Assembly: GCA_041172205.1 (NCBI GenBank)
Contig: JBEDKG010000104.1
Location: forward strand, 1 to 33,355
From: Actinomycetota bacterium
GTDB taxonomy: Bacteria > Actinomycetota > Actinomycetes > Actinomycetales > Microbacteriaceae
Length of the DNA stretch: 33,355 nt
Direction: 5' to 3'
Shown here: in pieces, positions 1-10,271 of the stretch
Layout of the letters: the number at the start of each line of letters is the position of its first letter
Position numbering within the stretch: position 1 is the first letter of the stretch
Notes under the pieces: generated by a model
Told to the model about the DNA's origin: nothing
Database searches by the model: none
The model's input: the letters and a program-made list of their open reading frames with translations, nothing else
Position numbers and translations under genes: made by a program

Positions 1-2
1 TT

Positions 3-8
3 TAGGCT
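3..8 (+). promoter_or_regulatory. Putative -10 element (TAGGCT) of a leaderless fmt transcript
   Basis: TAGGCT lies 6 nt before the GTG start at 15. There is no SD in between. The same geometry recurs before several other genes in the window. Confidence 0.6.
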
Positions 9-14
9 GGTCAA

Positions 15-938
15 GTGTCAATACTCTTCGCGGGCACTCCGCAAAATGCAGCAGTAACTCTCCGAGAGTTACTGGTTGCCGGCACGCCTATTTCACTCGT
101 TTTAACCAGGCCCGACGCACCGGTTGGTCGAAAAGCAGTCATTACTCCGTCTCCAGTTGCCATTGTTGCTAACGAATTCAGCATCCCCGTCATCAAATCC
201 AATATCGTTGGAGATGCGGAGATCAAGGAAATCCGGAGTCACCAAATCGAATTCGCAATTGTCGTTGCACTAGGTGTGTTGCTAAAGCAAGACGCACTCG
301 AAGCAATACCAAAGGGTTGGTTCAACCTCCACTACAGCCTGCTACCTCGCTGGCGTGGAGCGGCACCAGTTCAGCACGCTTTGATGGCTGGCGATAGAGA
401 GACCGGTCTAACGATTTTCAAAATCGATTCGGGTCTTGATACCGGGCCTATTGCCTCAAGCCTTGCAACTGAAGTTCAACCAGAAGAGACTGCTGGCGAG
501 CTTCTTAGCCGACTTACCAACCTAGGGGTGTCACTACTACTAGAAACGATTCCTCGGATTGAAGCAGGATTGGTGGCCCTCGAACCTCAGGCGACTACCG
601 GCGCCACACTCGCTCCAAAATTAGCCAAGGTTGATGGCAAAATCGATCTGAACCGAGGTTCGAATGAAGTATCCAATCAGGTTAGGGGAGTGACTCCGGA
701 GCCTGGCGCTTGGATTCCATTCGGAGACCAACCACTCAAATTGATTTCCGTTCGAGAGTCACAATTGCAGCTGGAAGTCGGGCAACTGACAAATAAGGAT
801 GGCCGAATTTACGTTGGTTGTAAGTCCGGAGCTTTGGAATTGCTAGAGGTTCAGCCCTCAGGAAAGAACAGAATGGCAAGCGCAGACTGGTACCGAGGCT
901 TACATGGAAAAGACTTCAAGTTTGGTGAAAATGTCTAG
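15..938 (+). CDS. fmt: Methionyl-tRNA formyltransferase
   Basis: N-terminal ILFAGTP, TRPDAPVGR, NLHYSLLPRWRGAAPVQ and LDTGP motifs; C-terminal VQPSGKNRM. GTG start. Confidence 0.96.
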   Translation: MSILFAGTPQNAAVTLRELLVAGTPISLVLTRPDAPVGRKAVITPSPVAIVANEFSIPVIKSNIVGDAEIKEIRSHQIEFAIVVALGVLLKQDALEAIPKGWFNLHYSLLPRWRGAAPVQHALMAGDRETGLTIFKIDSGLDTGPIASSLATEVQPEETAGELLSRLTNLGVSLLLETIPRIEAGLVALEPQATTGATLAPKLAKVDGKIDLNRGSNEVSNQVRGVTPEPGAWIPFGDQPLKLISVRESQLQLEVGQLTNKDGRIYVGCKSGALELLEVQPSGKNRMASADWYRGLHGKDFKFGENV

Positions 939-2277
939 CTCGAGGGAAGTAGCCTATGACGCACTACTTGCGGTCGAGCGACAAGATGCATACCTAAATC
1001 TCGTTCTACCCAAGGCACTTGCGAAGGCTCGACTTTCTAACGTGGATGCCGCTTTTGCCACAGAACTTGCCTATGGCACCGCGCGTTGGCAAGGCCTGTA
1101 CGACTGGATCATCGCCGAAGCAACCGGTCGGGAAGTTCAATACATTGATGCCGATGCGCTACTAGTCATTCGGCTAGGTGCGCACCAACTCCTGGAACTA
1201 AACACCCCAGCGCACGCGGCTATTTTTGAGATGGTCAATTTAGCGAAAAAGCGCCTCAAGGCTTCGGTAGTTGGCCTCATCAATGCGGCTCTCAGGCGAA
1301 TTTCTGAACGCTCTCGTAAGCAATGGATTGAACGACTACACGATTCTGGTCTTTCGGCGGAAAACATCAACAGCATCGAATTTTCACACCCTCTCTGGGT
1401 TACAAGAGCTCTTAAACTCGCTCTCCAATCAGAGGATTCGTCCGATGAACTCGTTGCCGCGCTTATATCTGACAACGACGCACCGAAGGTGAATTTGGTC
1501 GCATTGCCAGGAGAGCAGTCAGAGATCGAGTCAACTCTTTCCAAGGAAGGTGTCTCTCCGTTCGGCTTTGTTTTGAATTACGGTGATCCCAGCAAGCTGG
1601 CTGGAGTGGCCACAGGTGCCATGCGAGTTCAGGATCAAGGTTCTCAACTCGCGGCGCTGGCACTGGCTAGTGTGCAGTCGAACAGTGAGTCTTCGGAGTG
1701 GTTGGATCTTTGCGCAGGGCCTGGCGGCAAAGCTGTGCTTCTAGCAGCTCTGGCAAAGCAGTCAAAAGCGCACCTAACCACGAATGAGGTTTCGGAACAC
1801 CGAGCAACTTTGGTCGCCACTGCTCTAAGGCACAGTGGTTTTGATGCAACTCAACTACAGGTCGATGGCCGTGAACTTCCTAAGAATCTAAAATTTGACC
1901 GTATTCTTTTGGATGCGCCCTGCACAGGCTTAGGAGCACTGCGTCGACGCCCCGAGTCGCGTTGGCGCAAGAATGCGGAGGATCTAAAGAGTCTTTCGGC
2001 CTTACAGCGCGAGCTTATTGAATCAGCCTGGGCAGCCTTAGCTCCCGGTGGGGTTCTAGGTTATGTGACTTGTTCGCCTCACCCAACGGAGACCACAGCA
2101 CAAATTGAATGGCTATTGAGAACCTTCAAGGACTCCGAACTGTTGAACGCAACGGAGGAATTGATGAAAATCAATCCATTGTTGAACCTAAAGTCGGGGC
2201 GCAAAACGGTGCAACTTTGGCCACATCGAAACGACACCGATGCCATGTTCATTGCTCTGGTTCAGAAACGAAAGTAG
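931..2277 (+). CDS. rsmB: RsmB/Sun/Fmu-family rRNA m5C methyltransferase with NusB-like N-terminal domain
   Basis: Motifs VQDQGSQ, DLCAGPGGK, LLDAPCTGLG and YVTCS (both catalytic Cys present). Start placed at ATG 931, overlapping the fmt stop, rather than 904. Confidence 0.93.
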   Translation: MSSSREVAYDALLAVERQDAYLNLVLPKALAKARLSNVDAAFATELAYGTARWQGLYDWIIAEATGREVQYIDADALLVIRLGAHQLLELNTPAHAAIFEMVNLAKKRLKASVVGLINAALRRISERSRKQWIERLHDSGLSAENINSIEFSHPLWVTRALKLALQSEDSSDELVAALISDNDAPKVNLVALPGEQSEIESTLSKEGVSPFGFVLNYGDPSKLAGVATGAMRVQDQGSQLAALALASVQSNSESSEWLDLCAGPGGKAVLLAALAKQSKAHLTTNEVSEHRATLVATALRHSGFDATQLQVDGRELPKNLKFDRILLDAPCTGLGALRRRPESRWRKNAEDLKSLSALQRELIESAWAALAPGGVLGYVTCSPHPTETTAQIEWLLRTFKDSELLNATEELMKINPLLNLKSGRKTVQLWPHRNDTDAMFIALVQKRK

Positions 2278-2286
2278 TTTATAGAC

Positions 2287-2952
2287 ATGACGGCGCACAT
2301 TCATCCGAGTATTCTCTCTGCCGACTTCGCTAACTTTCAGTCTGAATTTGCAACCATTTCTTTAGCAGACGCTATTCATGTTGACGTCATGGACGGTCAC
2401 TTTGTGCCGAACCTCACCTTTGGGCTGCCGGTTGTAAAACGCCTGGTTGAAATCTCGGAGTTGCCAATTGACGTTCATCTCATGATCGAGAATGTTGATT
2501 CCCTCGCCGTTCAGTACGCCGAAACGGGCGCTGAGAGTGTGACCTTTCACCAAGAGGCTTCGAATAACCCGTTGAAGCTGGCACGCGAACTAAAGGCGGC
2601 CGGTGCTCTTGCGGCAATAGCTGTAAAGCCTGGAACAAATCTTGATTTCGTTCTCGACAACCTAAGCGAGTTCGACATGGTGCTCGTTATGACTGTTGAG
2701 CCTGGGTTTGGCGGACAAGCATTCATGGATTCCATGATGGAAAAGGTGCGCCAAGCGCGTTCAGAAATTACTCGCCTCGGTTTAGATGTCAAGCTTCAGG
2801 TAGATGGTGGAATCGACACCGAAACGGTCAAGATTGCCTCAGCTGCTGGAGCCGACACCTTCGTCGCTGGCAGTTCGATTTTCTCGAAAATACACCGGAA
2901 CGAAGAGATTCTTTTGTTGCGAGAAATTGCAGACAGCGCTTACCAGGGTTAG
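2287..2952 (+). CDS. rpe: Ribulose-phosphate 3-epimerase
   Basis: PSILSADF, HVDVMDGHFVPNLTFG, DVHLM, MTVEPGFGGQ, VDGG and VAGS motifs. Confidence 0.97.
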   Translation: MTAHIHPSILSADFANFQSEFATISLADAIHVDVMDGHFVPNLTFGLPVVKRLVEISELPIDVHLMIENVDSLAVQYAETGAESVTFHQEASNNPLKLARELKAAGALAAIAVKPGTNLDFVLDNLSEFDMVLVMTVEPGFGGQAFMDSMMEKVRQARSEITRLGLDVKLQVDGGIDTETVKIASAAGADTFVAGSSIFSKIHRNEEILLLREIADSAYQG

Positions 2953-2983
2953 ACCTAGCACTTCGTAGGTTAACCTTGAAGGT

Positions 2984-3247
2984 ATGACCACTTTTTCCGA
3001 ACTATTTAGTGAACTGCAACTGAAGGCAATAGAGCGCCCTGCAGACTCACATACGGTCAAGTGGTTGGACGCAGGTGTCCACACCATCGGCAAGAAGATT
3101 GTTGAGGAAGCCGCTGAAGTTTGGATGGCAGCCGAACATGAATCTAACGAACGCACTGCTGAAGAAATCAGCCAGTTGCTCTACCACGTCCAAGTCCTAA
3201 TGATTTCCAAAGGCATAAGCCTGAGTGAAGTCGAAAATAAGCTCTAG
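2984..3247 (+). CDS. hisE: Phosphoribosyl-ATP pyrophosphatase (monofunctional actinobacterial type)
   Basis: [18 protein letters not shown] and EEISQLLYH motifs; 87 aa; directly before hisG. Confidence 0.95.
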   Translation: MTTFSELFSELQLKAIERPADSHTVKWLDAGVHTIGKKIVEEAAEVWMAAEHESNERTAEEISQLLYHVQVLMISKGISLSEVENKL

Positions 3248-3255
3248 AGGTTCAA

Positions 3256-4095
3256 ATGCTAAGAGTAGCGATCCCAAACAAGGGGATTCTGTCAGACACT
3301 GCCATAACCATGTTGAAAGAGGCTGGCTACGCCACCCGCCGTGATCAAAAGGAACTGCACGTTATCGACACCGATAACAACATTGAGTTCTTCTACCTTC
3401 GACCTCGTGACATAGCGACCTATGTTGGATCTGGTTCGCTTGATGTAGGTCTTACCGGTCTGGACCTTCTCCTGGATTCACGTTCACCGGCCGAGTCGGT
3501 TGAGGATCTGCGTTTTGGGGAGTCAACTTTCCGTTTTGCAGGTCCGGTTGGTGCATTCAAGGATCTTAAAGACCTTGAAGGTAAACGAGTCGCCACCGCC
3601 TATGTACACCTCGTCGAGGACTATTTGGCAAAAGAGGGTATTTCGGTCAAGCTAGTGAAACTTGATGGCGCCGTCGAGACTGCTGTTCGACTCGGGGTTG
3701 CGGATGCAGTGGCAGACGTGGTTTCTACCGGCAATACCCTTCGCCAGGCTGGCCTGGAGATTTTTGGGCCGGTTTTGTTGAACTCAACGGCTCACCTAAT
3801 CAGCGCCCCAGGTAAGGCCGAAGGCGCAGCCAGCCTACTTAGACGACTTCGCGGAGTTGTCGTTGCGAGGGAATACGTCATTTTCGACTACGACTGCCCA
3901 GCAGAACTCGTGGATGCTGCCTCGCAAATCACACCTGGTATCGAGTCTCCAACTGTCTCTCCGCTTCGCGATCAAGACTGGGTTGCTGTGCGAGCGCTTG
4001 TAAAAGCCTCAGAAACCAACAGCACTATGGACGCGCTCTATGAGCTCGGTGCCCGTGCCATTTTGGTCAGTGCGATTCACGCAGCAAGAATCTGA
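3256..4095 (+). CDS. hisG: ATP phosphoribosyltransferase (long form)
   Basis: [32 protein letters not shown] and [11 protein letters not shown] motifs, with a C-terminal regulatory domain. Confidence 0.97.
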   Translation: MLRVAIPNKGILSDTAITMLKEAGYATRRDQKELHVIDTDNNIEFFYLRPRDIATYVGSGSLDVGLTGLDLLLDSRSPAESVEDLRFGESTFRFAGPVGAFKDLKDLEGKRVATAYVHLVEDYLAKEGISVKLVKLDGAVETAVRLGVADAVADVVSTGNTLRQAGLEIFGPVLLNSTAHLISAPGKAEGAASLLRRLRGVVVAREYVIFDYDCPAELVDAASQITPGIESPTVSPLRDQDWVAVRALVKASETNSTMDALYELGARAILVSAIHAARI

Positions 4096-4856
4096 TGTCT
4101 CTGACGATTCGGGTAATCCCTTGTCTAGATGTGGCTGAAGGTCGTGTCGTCAAGGGCGTGAATTTCGAGAATCTTCGAGATGCCGGAGATCCAATTGAAC
4201 TCGCGGATTTTTATTACCAGTCGGGTGCCGATGAACTAACTTTTCTAGACGTGAATGCAACGGTGGACAATCGGTCAACAATGTTTGAACTGGTATCTAA
4301 AACCGCAGAGAAAATCTTCATCCCTTTGACCGTTGGTGGGGGAGTTCGCACGACTGCCGATGTTGGGAATCTACTAAAGGCGGGAGCGGACAAGGTTAGT
4401 GTGTCATCCGCAGCTATAGCCAGGCCCGAGTTGCTGTCCGATATTGCCGACCGCTATGGCAACCAAGTGTTGGTCTTATCTTTAGATTTGAAGCTTCGTA
4501 CCGCGAAAACCGATGAATGGGTTGTCACCAGTCACGGTGGCAGGGAAGTGACCGACATTGACGCCATCGAGTGGATTTCCCGCTGTGCTGAGCTGGGTGT
4601 TGGTGAATTGCTTGTGAATAGTATCGACGCGGACGGTACCAAAAATGGCTTTGACCTACCTTTGATTCGTGCAGTTCGTGCGGTTTCAAATCTGCCACTT
4701 ATCGCGTCTGGGGGCGCTGGGTCAAGCAGCGACTTCGTTCCCGCAGCGGTTGCCGGCGCAGATGCTGTGTTGGCCGCGTCGATTTTCCATAATCGGACAG
4801 TTACGATTGCAGAAGCAAAGCAGGCACTTAGCGAAGGAAGGTTTTCAGTTAGATGA
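4095..4856 (+). CDS. hisF: Imidazole glycerol phosphate synthase, cyclase subunit
   Basis: [40 protein letters not shown] and IASGGAG motifs. Start overlaps the hisG stop (TGATG). Confidence 0.97.
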   Translation: MSLTIRVIPCLDVAEGRVVKGVNFENLRDAGDPIELADFYYQSGADELTFLDVNATVDNRSTMFELVSKTAEKIFIPLTVGGGVRTTADVGNLLKAGADKVSVSSAAIARPELLSDIADRYGNQVLVLSLDLKLRTAKTDEWVVTSHGGREVTDIDAIEWISRCAELGVGELLVNSIDADGTKNGFDLPLIRAVRAVSNLPLIASGGAGSSSDFVPAAVAGADAVLAASIFHNRTVTIAEAKQALSEGRFSVR

Positions 4857-5191
4857 TTAATGAAAAGCTGCAAGACCTTACCTTCAACACCGACGGGTTG
4901 ATTCCCGCAATAATTCAAGACGATCAATCCAATCGCGTAATCATGTTCGCTTGGATGAATCGTGAGTCGCTAGAAAAGACCATTCTGATTGGTGAAACGG
5001 TGTTTTTCTCTAGAAGCCGCAACGAGCTTTGGCACAAGGGCGCCACCAGCGGGAACACTCAAAAGGTTTCCTCGATTCAAGTGGATTGCGACTCTGATGC
5101 ACTGCTAATTCGCGTGCACCCGCATGGTGCCGCTTGCCACACCGGGCTTACTTCATGCTTTGATACTTCGAAGATTGAGGTGAATGCGTGA
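4853..5191 (+). CDS. hisI: Phosphoribosyl-AMP cyclohydrolase
   Basis: [29 protein letters not shown] and [10 protein letters not shown] motifs. Confidence 0.96.
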   Translation: MINEKLQDLTFNTDGLIPAIIQDDQSNRVIMFAWMNRESLEKTILIGETVFFSRSRNELWHKGATSGNTQKVSSIQVDCDSDALLIRVHPHGAACHTGLTSCFDTSKIEVNA

Positions 5192-6717
5192 GCGCAAGAT
5201 CGAGCGAATTCTCTGATCTATTGGCTGCTAAGAGTAGCCATCGGGTCTTTCCAGTAGTTCGTGAGATTTTCTCTGATTCCCTTTCTCCACTAGGTATCTA
5301 CGAGGCGTTGGCTGAGGACAACGAGGGATCGTTCCTTCTTGAATCGGCTGAACAGGGTGTTTGGTCACGCTACTCATTCGTTGGCGTGAAGGTTCGCGGC
5401 CGGCTTGTTCAGGAAGCTGGTCAACCGGTTCGTTGGATTAGCGCTTCGGGTCAGTCAGTCATTCCTAAGGACCTAGGTCTAAATCTGCCTGAAGGCCCAC
5501 TTGAGGCATTAGACCTTATTCAATCCTCTTGGGGTAATGAGAATCTTGAAAATGGGATTCCACTCACCTCAGGCCTAATTGGAACAATCGCCTGGGACGT
5601 TATTCGTGACATCGAGCAACTACCTGCCGGGCCCAAAGACGACAATCCGGTTCCGCGGATAAGTTTTTCACTAATCCAAGATTTGGTAGTAATTGATCAC
5701 CAGTCAGCTTCAATTGTTCTGATTTCAAATGTCTTCCTCGAAGGTCAGACAGATGAACAACTGCGACATGACTTTGAGAGTGCGCTGGCCTCAATCGATT
5801 CCATGATTACAGCGCTTAGCTCAGGTGCCAAGCCGTTCCTGGCACAGATTGATTTGAATCTTGAACCAGAGGTAATTTCAAATCAAAGCAAGGAAAACTT
5901 TCTGGCGATTGTTGAGCGCGCTAAAGACCACGTCCGAGTCGGTGACGTATTTCAAGTTGTCCTCTCACAACGTTTTCAAACTCAAACCAATTCTTCTGCT
6001 TTGGAAATGTATCGAGTCTTGCGTTCACTGAATCCAAGCCCTTACATGTACCTCTTGAATGGCAGCGATTCGCACGGTTCATACGCGGTTGTCGGGGCGT
6101 CCCCGGAGTCCTTGGTAACCGTGACCGGCAACCGAGTAACTACACACCCAATTGCAGGCTCTAGACCTCGCGGGCGCGACTGGGAAGAGGACCACGCGCT
6201 TGAGAACGAGTTATTGGCTGACCGCAAGGAAACTGCCGAACACCTCATGTTGGTCGATCTCGCTCGAAATGACCTACTAAAGGTCTGCGAGCCAGCCTCG
6301 GTGACGGTTAGTGAATTTATGAAGGTTCACCGCTTCAGCCACATCATGCATCTTGTATCGACAGTCGAGGGAACGTTGGCTCAAGGTTTCTCGCCTATCG
6401 ATGTTTTTAGAGCTACTTTTCCTGCGGGGACGCTATCCGGTGCACCAAAACCTAGGGCACTTGAAATCATCACCGAACTTGAACCAACCGCACGAGGTAT
6501 TTATGGGGGCGTTGCTGGGTATTTCGACTTTGCCGGAAACTCTGACCTGGCCATTGCAATCCGCACAGCCGTGGTTCGAGATGGCGTAGCCACGGTTCAG
6601 GCGGGTGCCGGCATCGTCCTTGATTCAGATCCTGTTTCAGAATTTGAAGAGACCAAGAGTAAAGCTCGTGCCTCACTTCGCGCGATTTCGGCAGCCAATT
6701 CGGCAAAGAAGCTCTGA
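5188..6717 (+). CDS. trpE: Anthranilate synthase component I
   Basis: FLLESAE (Trp feedback site), [38 protein letters not shown] and QAGAGIV motifs. GTG start overlaps the hisI stop (GTGA). Confidence 0.95.
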   Translation: MSARSSEFSDLLAAKSSHRVFPVVREIFSDSLSPLGIYEALAEDNEGSFLLESAEQGVWSRYSFVGVKVRGRLVQEAGQPVRWISASGQSVIPKDLGLNLPEGPLEALDLIQSSWGNENLENGIPLTSGLIGTIAWDVIRDIEQLPAGPKDDNPVPRISFSLIQDLVVIDHQSASIVLISNVFLEGQTDEQLRHDFESALASIDSMITALSSGAKPFLAQIDLNLEPEVISNQSKENFLAIVERAKDHVRVGDVFQVVLSQRFQTQTNSSALEMYRVLRSLNPSPYMYLLNGSDSHGSYAVVGASPESLVTVTGNRVTTHPIAGSRPRGRDWEEDHALENELLADRKETAEHLMLVDLARNDLLKVCEPASVTVSEFMKVHRFSHIMHLVSTVEGTLAQGFSPIDVFRATFPAGTLSGAPKPRALEIITELEPTARGIYGGVAGYFDFAGNSDLAIAIRTAVVRDGVATVQAGAGIVLDSDPVSEFEETKSKARASLRAISAANSAKKL

Positions 6718-6721
6718 TTAG

Positions 6722-7231
6722 ATGCGCCGGATTTCGATACTTATTAATGTGGTTTCGATCCTGCTCGCGTGGATGTTTGCCTCGCAAGTTTGGGCTTCAA
6801 CGACCGTGATTGAAAGTCAAACCGGTCTTTCGGTATCGGGCTTAGACGCTTATCCGCAAATATCTTTCATCCTGCTTACCGGCGTTCTCGTCTTGTGGCT
6901 CACGCGCTATTTGAATTCGCTATTCGCAAAGTTTCTCACCACTGCTGTGGTCATACTGCTTTTTGCGACCGCCTCGCCAACGTGGTTCGAGTCAGCGTCT
7001 GGTTCGTTATCGATACTCTCACCGCAGATTTCTAAGTCAACTGGGGTGAGTGATTGGCTGGGGCAAAGCGAGCTAATACAAAACAGCTCTTACAACCACC
7101 TTTCAGCCGATTTGTTTGTGATTTCTCTAATTTCTTGGTTCATTTCTCTCCTAATCATTCTTTGGTCGAAGAAAAAGGGCCAGAAGGACACTAATTTGGC
7201 CACGCGAATTGACAATTTGCCTAGCTGGTAA
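6722..7231 (+). CDS. Membrane protein, probably the trp-operon-associated membrane protein family (Trp_oprn_chp-like)
   Basis: About four hydrophobic segments and a basic C-terminal tail ending in W. Its position after trpE matches the conserved actinobacterial arrangement. Family assigned mainly by synteny. Confidence 0.7.
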   Translation: MRRISILINVVSILLAWMFASQVWASTTVIESQTGLSVSGLDAYPQISFILLTGVLVLWLTRYLNSLFAKFLTTAVVILLFATASPTWFESASGSLSILSPQISKSTGVSDWLGQSELIQNSSYNHLSADLFVISLISWFISLLIILWSKKKGQKDTNLATRIDNLPSW

Positions 7232-7242
7232 TCGTCAAACGA

Positions 7243-7248
7243 TAAACT
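7243..7248 (+). promoter_or_regulatory. Putative internal -10 element (TAAACT) upstream of the small membrane gene and trpCBA
   Basis: TANNNT in the 44-nt A-rich gap, followed by SD-like GAGAGG at 7265-7270. Confidence 0.4.
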
Positions 7249-7275
7249 TAGAAAAAAGAATCACGAGAGGCAATC

Positions 7276-7488
7276 ATGTCGGCAGACCACCCAGAAGACA
7301 CTAACCACGGCGACACAGTAGCAGCATGGACTTCCGTAACCGTTGTCATGGTGGGGTTCGCTGGACTGGTTCTCTTTTTCTACCTCGGTGATCAGACACT
7401 GACCTGGGCATCGATCGGCGTCATTGTTGTTGGTTCGGTACTTGGACCAATTTTGGCCGCCTTCGGTCTCGGTAAAAAGAAAAACTAA
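7276..7488 (+). CDS. Small two-TM membrane protein, HGxxPAAW/DUF6704-like
   Basis: NHGDTVAAW motif, two hydrophobic helices and a G-L-G-KKK tail. Has an SD; lies upstream of trpC as in other actinobacteria. Confidence 0.8.
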   Translation: MSADHPEDTNHGDTVAAWTSVTVVMVGFAGLVLFFYLGDQTLTWASIGVIVVGSVLGPILAAFGLGKKKN

Positions 7489-7493
7489 TTTCT

Positions 7494-8264
7494 TTGTTAG
7501 CTGGGCTCTACGCCGGTTCGCTTGAAGATGCGAGCCTTCGCGAGGAAAAAACTCCTGGCTCAGTCCTGGAGCGCTTGATTTCGGGCATGGCTCCCGCAAT
7601 AAACGCTTTAGAAGCATTCAAACCTCGCGAAACAATCCACGTTCTCGCTGAAGTGAAGCGAGCTAGTCCATCTAGGGGAGATCTAGCCTCAATTCAAGAC
7701 CCTTCACATTTAGCTGGGCTTTATGTCCAGGGTGGAGCCACCGGCGTAAGTGTGCTCACGGAGGAGCGCAAATTTAAAGGCTCACTGAGTGACCTTCAGA
7801 ACATTCGCAAGAACGTTTCTGTTCCGCTACTTCGCAAGGACTTTATCGCTAACGAGTATCAATTACTTGAAGCCAGGGCTTTTGGCGCGGACATTGCCTT
7901 GCTAATCGTTGCTGGTCTCGAACAGTCAAGGCTTGAACAACTAATGAAATTTACATTGGAACTAGGTCTTACTCCGTTTTTGGAAACGCATGACCGGTTC
8001 GAACTTGAACGAGCTCTAGAACTCGGTGCCAAATTTGTCGGCGTAAATGCCCGTGATTTGTCCACGTTCGAAACCGACCGAAATCTGTTCGGTGAACTAG
8101 TCGGGTTATTCCCGAAGGACGTAATCAAGGTAGCCGAGTCGGCCGTTAGAAACCAGGACGATGTTCGCCACTACCGCGAAGCGGGTGCCGACGTAGTGCT
8201 AGTCGGTGAAGCATTGGTAACTTCTGACCCAATCGCATCCCTAACCTCGTTCCTTGAGGTTTAA
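7494..8264 (+). CDS. trpC: Indole-3-glycerol phosphate synthase
   Basis: [36 protein letters not shown] and LVGEALV motifs. TTG start. Confidence 0.96.
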   Translation: MLAGLYAGSLEDASLREEKTPGSVLERLISGMAPAINALEAFKPRETIHVLAEVKRASPSRGDLASIQDPSHLAGLYVQGGATGVSVLTEERKFKGSLSDLQNIRKNVSVPLLRKDFIANEYQLLEARAFGADIALLIVAGLEQSRLEQLMKFTLELGLTPFLETHDRFELERALELGAKFVGVNARDLSTFETDRNLFGELVGLFPKDVIKVAESAVRNQDDVRHYREAGADVVLVGEALVTSDPIASLTSFLEV

Positions 8265-8271
8265 TAGGGCT

Positions 8272-9480
8272 ATGACTAAATCCGAAAACCTTCGCGACCA
8301 ACAGGGTCCATATTTCGGTGAGTTTGGTGGCCGTTTTGTTCCCGAGAGTTTGGTGGCTGCACTCGATGAACTTGAAGCAACCTACCGCGTAGCGCAGAAT
8401 GACCCAAGTTTTCAGGCTGAATTAGCAGAGCTACACAGAACCTATACCGGACGCCCATCGATTTTGACCGAGGTAAAGCGATTTTCCGAGCACGCCGGTG
8501 GAGCAAGAGTTATTCTCAAGCGTGAAGACCTCAACCACACCGGATCTCACAAGATCAACAACGTTTTGGGTCAGGCATTACTCACCAAGCGGATGGGTAA
8601 GAAGAGAATTATCGCTGAGACTGGCGCGGGTCAGCATGGTGTAGCTAGCGCTACTGCCGCGGCGCTATTTGGTCTCGAATGCGTCGTCTACATGGGTGAG
8701 GTTGACACCAAACGTCAGGCTCTAAACGTGGCCCGCATGAAATTACTGGGCGCTGAAGTCATTCCGGTCACGACCGGTAGTCGCACCTTGAAGGATGCCA
8801 TCAATGAGGCGCTTCGCGACTGGGTTACCAACGTTGATGACACTCACTACCTTCTTGGCACAGTTGCCGGCCCACACCCGTTCCCAGAAATGGTTCGAGA
8901 TTTCCACTCGGTAATCGGCAAGGAAGCCAGAGAGCAGATGCTGAGCGAGTTTGGCCACCTTCCAACCGCTCTGGCAGCCTGTGTCGGCGGCGGGTCAAAC
9001 GCCATTGGCCTATTCCACGCGTTCCTTGACGACCCAGAGGTGCAGATTTTCGGGTTTGAAGCTGCCGGCGATGGAATGGATACCGACCGACACGCGGCTA
9101 CTTTGAATTTCGGACGTCCAGGCGTACTACACGGCGCAAGAAGCTACATGCTTCAAGACGAAGACGGTCAAACAATTGAAAGCCACTCGATCAGCGCTGG
9201 TCTGGATTATCCAGGAGTCGGTCCAGAACACTCCTGGCTCAAAGATTTAGGTCGCGCTCAGTATCGCGGAATTAGCGATGTTGAAGCCATGGATGCCTTG
9301 CGTCTATTGAGCCGCACCGAGGGAATCATTCCAGCAATTGAGACTGCACACGCTCTTGCTGGGGTTTTGAAACTTGGTAAGGAATTAGGACCAGATGCCT
9401 CAATCTTGGTAAACCTTTCCGGCCGAGGCGATAAAGACATGGAAACTGCCGCAAAATACTTCGGGCTGTTGGAGGCGTAA
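8272..9480 (+). CDS. trpB: Tryptophan synthase beta chain
   Basis: [16 protein letters not shown] (PLP lysine), [30 protein letters not shown] and NLSGRGDKD motifs. Start placed at ATG 8272. Confidence 0.98.
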   Translation: MTKSENLRDQQGPYFGEFGGRFVPESLVAALDELEATYRVAQNDPSFQAELAELHRTYTGRPSILTEVKRFSEHAGGARVILKREDLNHTGSHKINNVLGQALLTKRMGKKRIIAETGAGQHGVASATAAALFGLECVVYMGEVDTKRQALNVARMKLLGAEVIPVTTGSRTLKDAINEALRDWVTNVDDTHYLLGTVAGPHPFPEMVRDFHSVIGKEAREQMLSEFGHLPTALAACVGGGSNAIGLFHAFLDDPEVQIFGFEAAGDGMDTDRHAATLNFGRPGVLHGARSYMLQDEDGQTIESHSISAGLDYPGVGPEHSWLKDLGRAQYRGISDVEAMDALRLLSRTEGIIPAIETAHALAGVLKLGKELGPDASILVNLSGRGDKDMETAAKYFGLLEA

Positions 9481-10256
9481 TGTCCAAGGTCACAGCAATC
9501 TTCGATGCGAATCGCGACTCCGGTAAAGAGACGCTCATCGGATATTTCCCGGCTGGATTTCCAACCTTCGATGAGTCTCTAGAAGCCTGTGTTGCGATGT
9601 GCGAATCAGGTGTAGACATTCTTGAACTTGGGGTTCCATACAGCGATCCTGTGATGGACGGTCCGGTCATTCAAGAAGCAACTGAACTTGCACTTCAAAA
9701 CGGTTTCAAACTCTCGAAAATCTTCGATTTGGTAAAGGCGATTTCCGAACGAGTCGAAACCCCAGTCCTAGTCATGACTTATTGGAATCCTGTTCTCCAA
9801 TACGGTGTCAAGAGATTCGCGGAAGACCTCAAAGCGGCTGGAGGCGTCGGTCTAATTACTCCAGATCTAATCGTTGATGAAGCTTCAAGCTGGTTAGAAA
9901 TCAGCGATCAGCTCGATTTGGATCGCGTTTTCCTAGCAACGCCTAGTTCCTCTCAGGAGCGAGTAGATCGCACCGTTGAGGTGTCAAAAGGTTTTGTTTA
10001 CGCGGTATCAACCATGGGTATTACCGGCGCACGTGAGGACCTCGACAAAAAGGCTCGGTCGGTTGTAGAGAAGGTTAGAGCAGCTGACGCAAGCCAAAAT
10101 GTTGCCGTTGGTATCGGTATCAGCACCGCTTCACAAGTTTCCGAAGTCAACTCTTATGCAGACGGTGCCATTGTCGGTTCGGTTTTCGTTCGCGCTTATG
10201 CCTCAGGTGGTTTGCCTGGCCTGAAGCAAGTCACACAAGAACTATCAAGTAAGTAA
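9480..10256 (+). CDS. trpA: Tryptophan synthase alpha chain
   Basis: ELGVPYSDPVMDGPVIQ, MTYWNP, GITGAR and DGAIVGS motifs. TAATG coupling with trpB. Confidence 0.97.
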   Translation: MSKVTAIFDANRDSGKETLIGYFPAGFPTFDESLEACVAMCESGVDILELGVPYSDPVMDGPVIQEATELALQNGFKLSKIFDLVKAISERVETPVLVMTYWNPVLQYGVKRFAEDLKAAGGVGLITPDLIVDEASSWLEISDQLDLDRVFLATPSSSQERVDRTVEVSKGFVYAVSTMGITGAREDLDKKARSVVEKVRAADASQNVAVGIGISTASQVSEVNSYADGAIVGSVFVRAYASGGLPGLKQVTQELSSK

Positions 10257-10271
10257 GAAGAAAGATTAATC

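Noticed and set aside
904-930. Longer ORF-track starts for rsmB (904), trpB (8254), pyk (17136), uvrB (24730) and rapZ (31551)
   Set aside because: The extensions overlap upstream genes or promoters and lack family motifs. Downstream ATGs have an SD or stop/start coupling.
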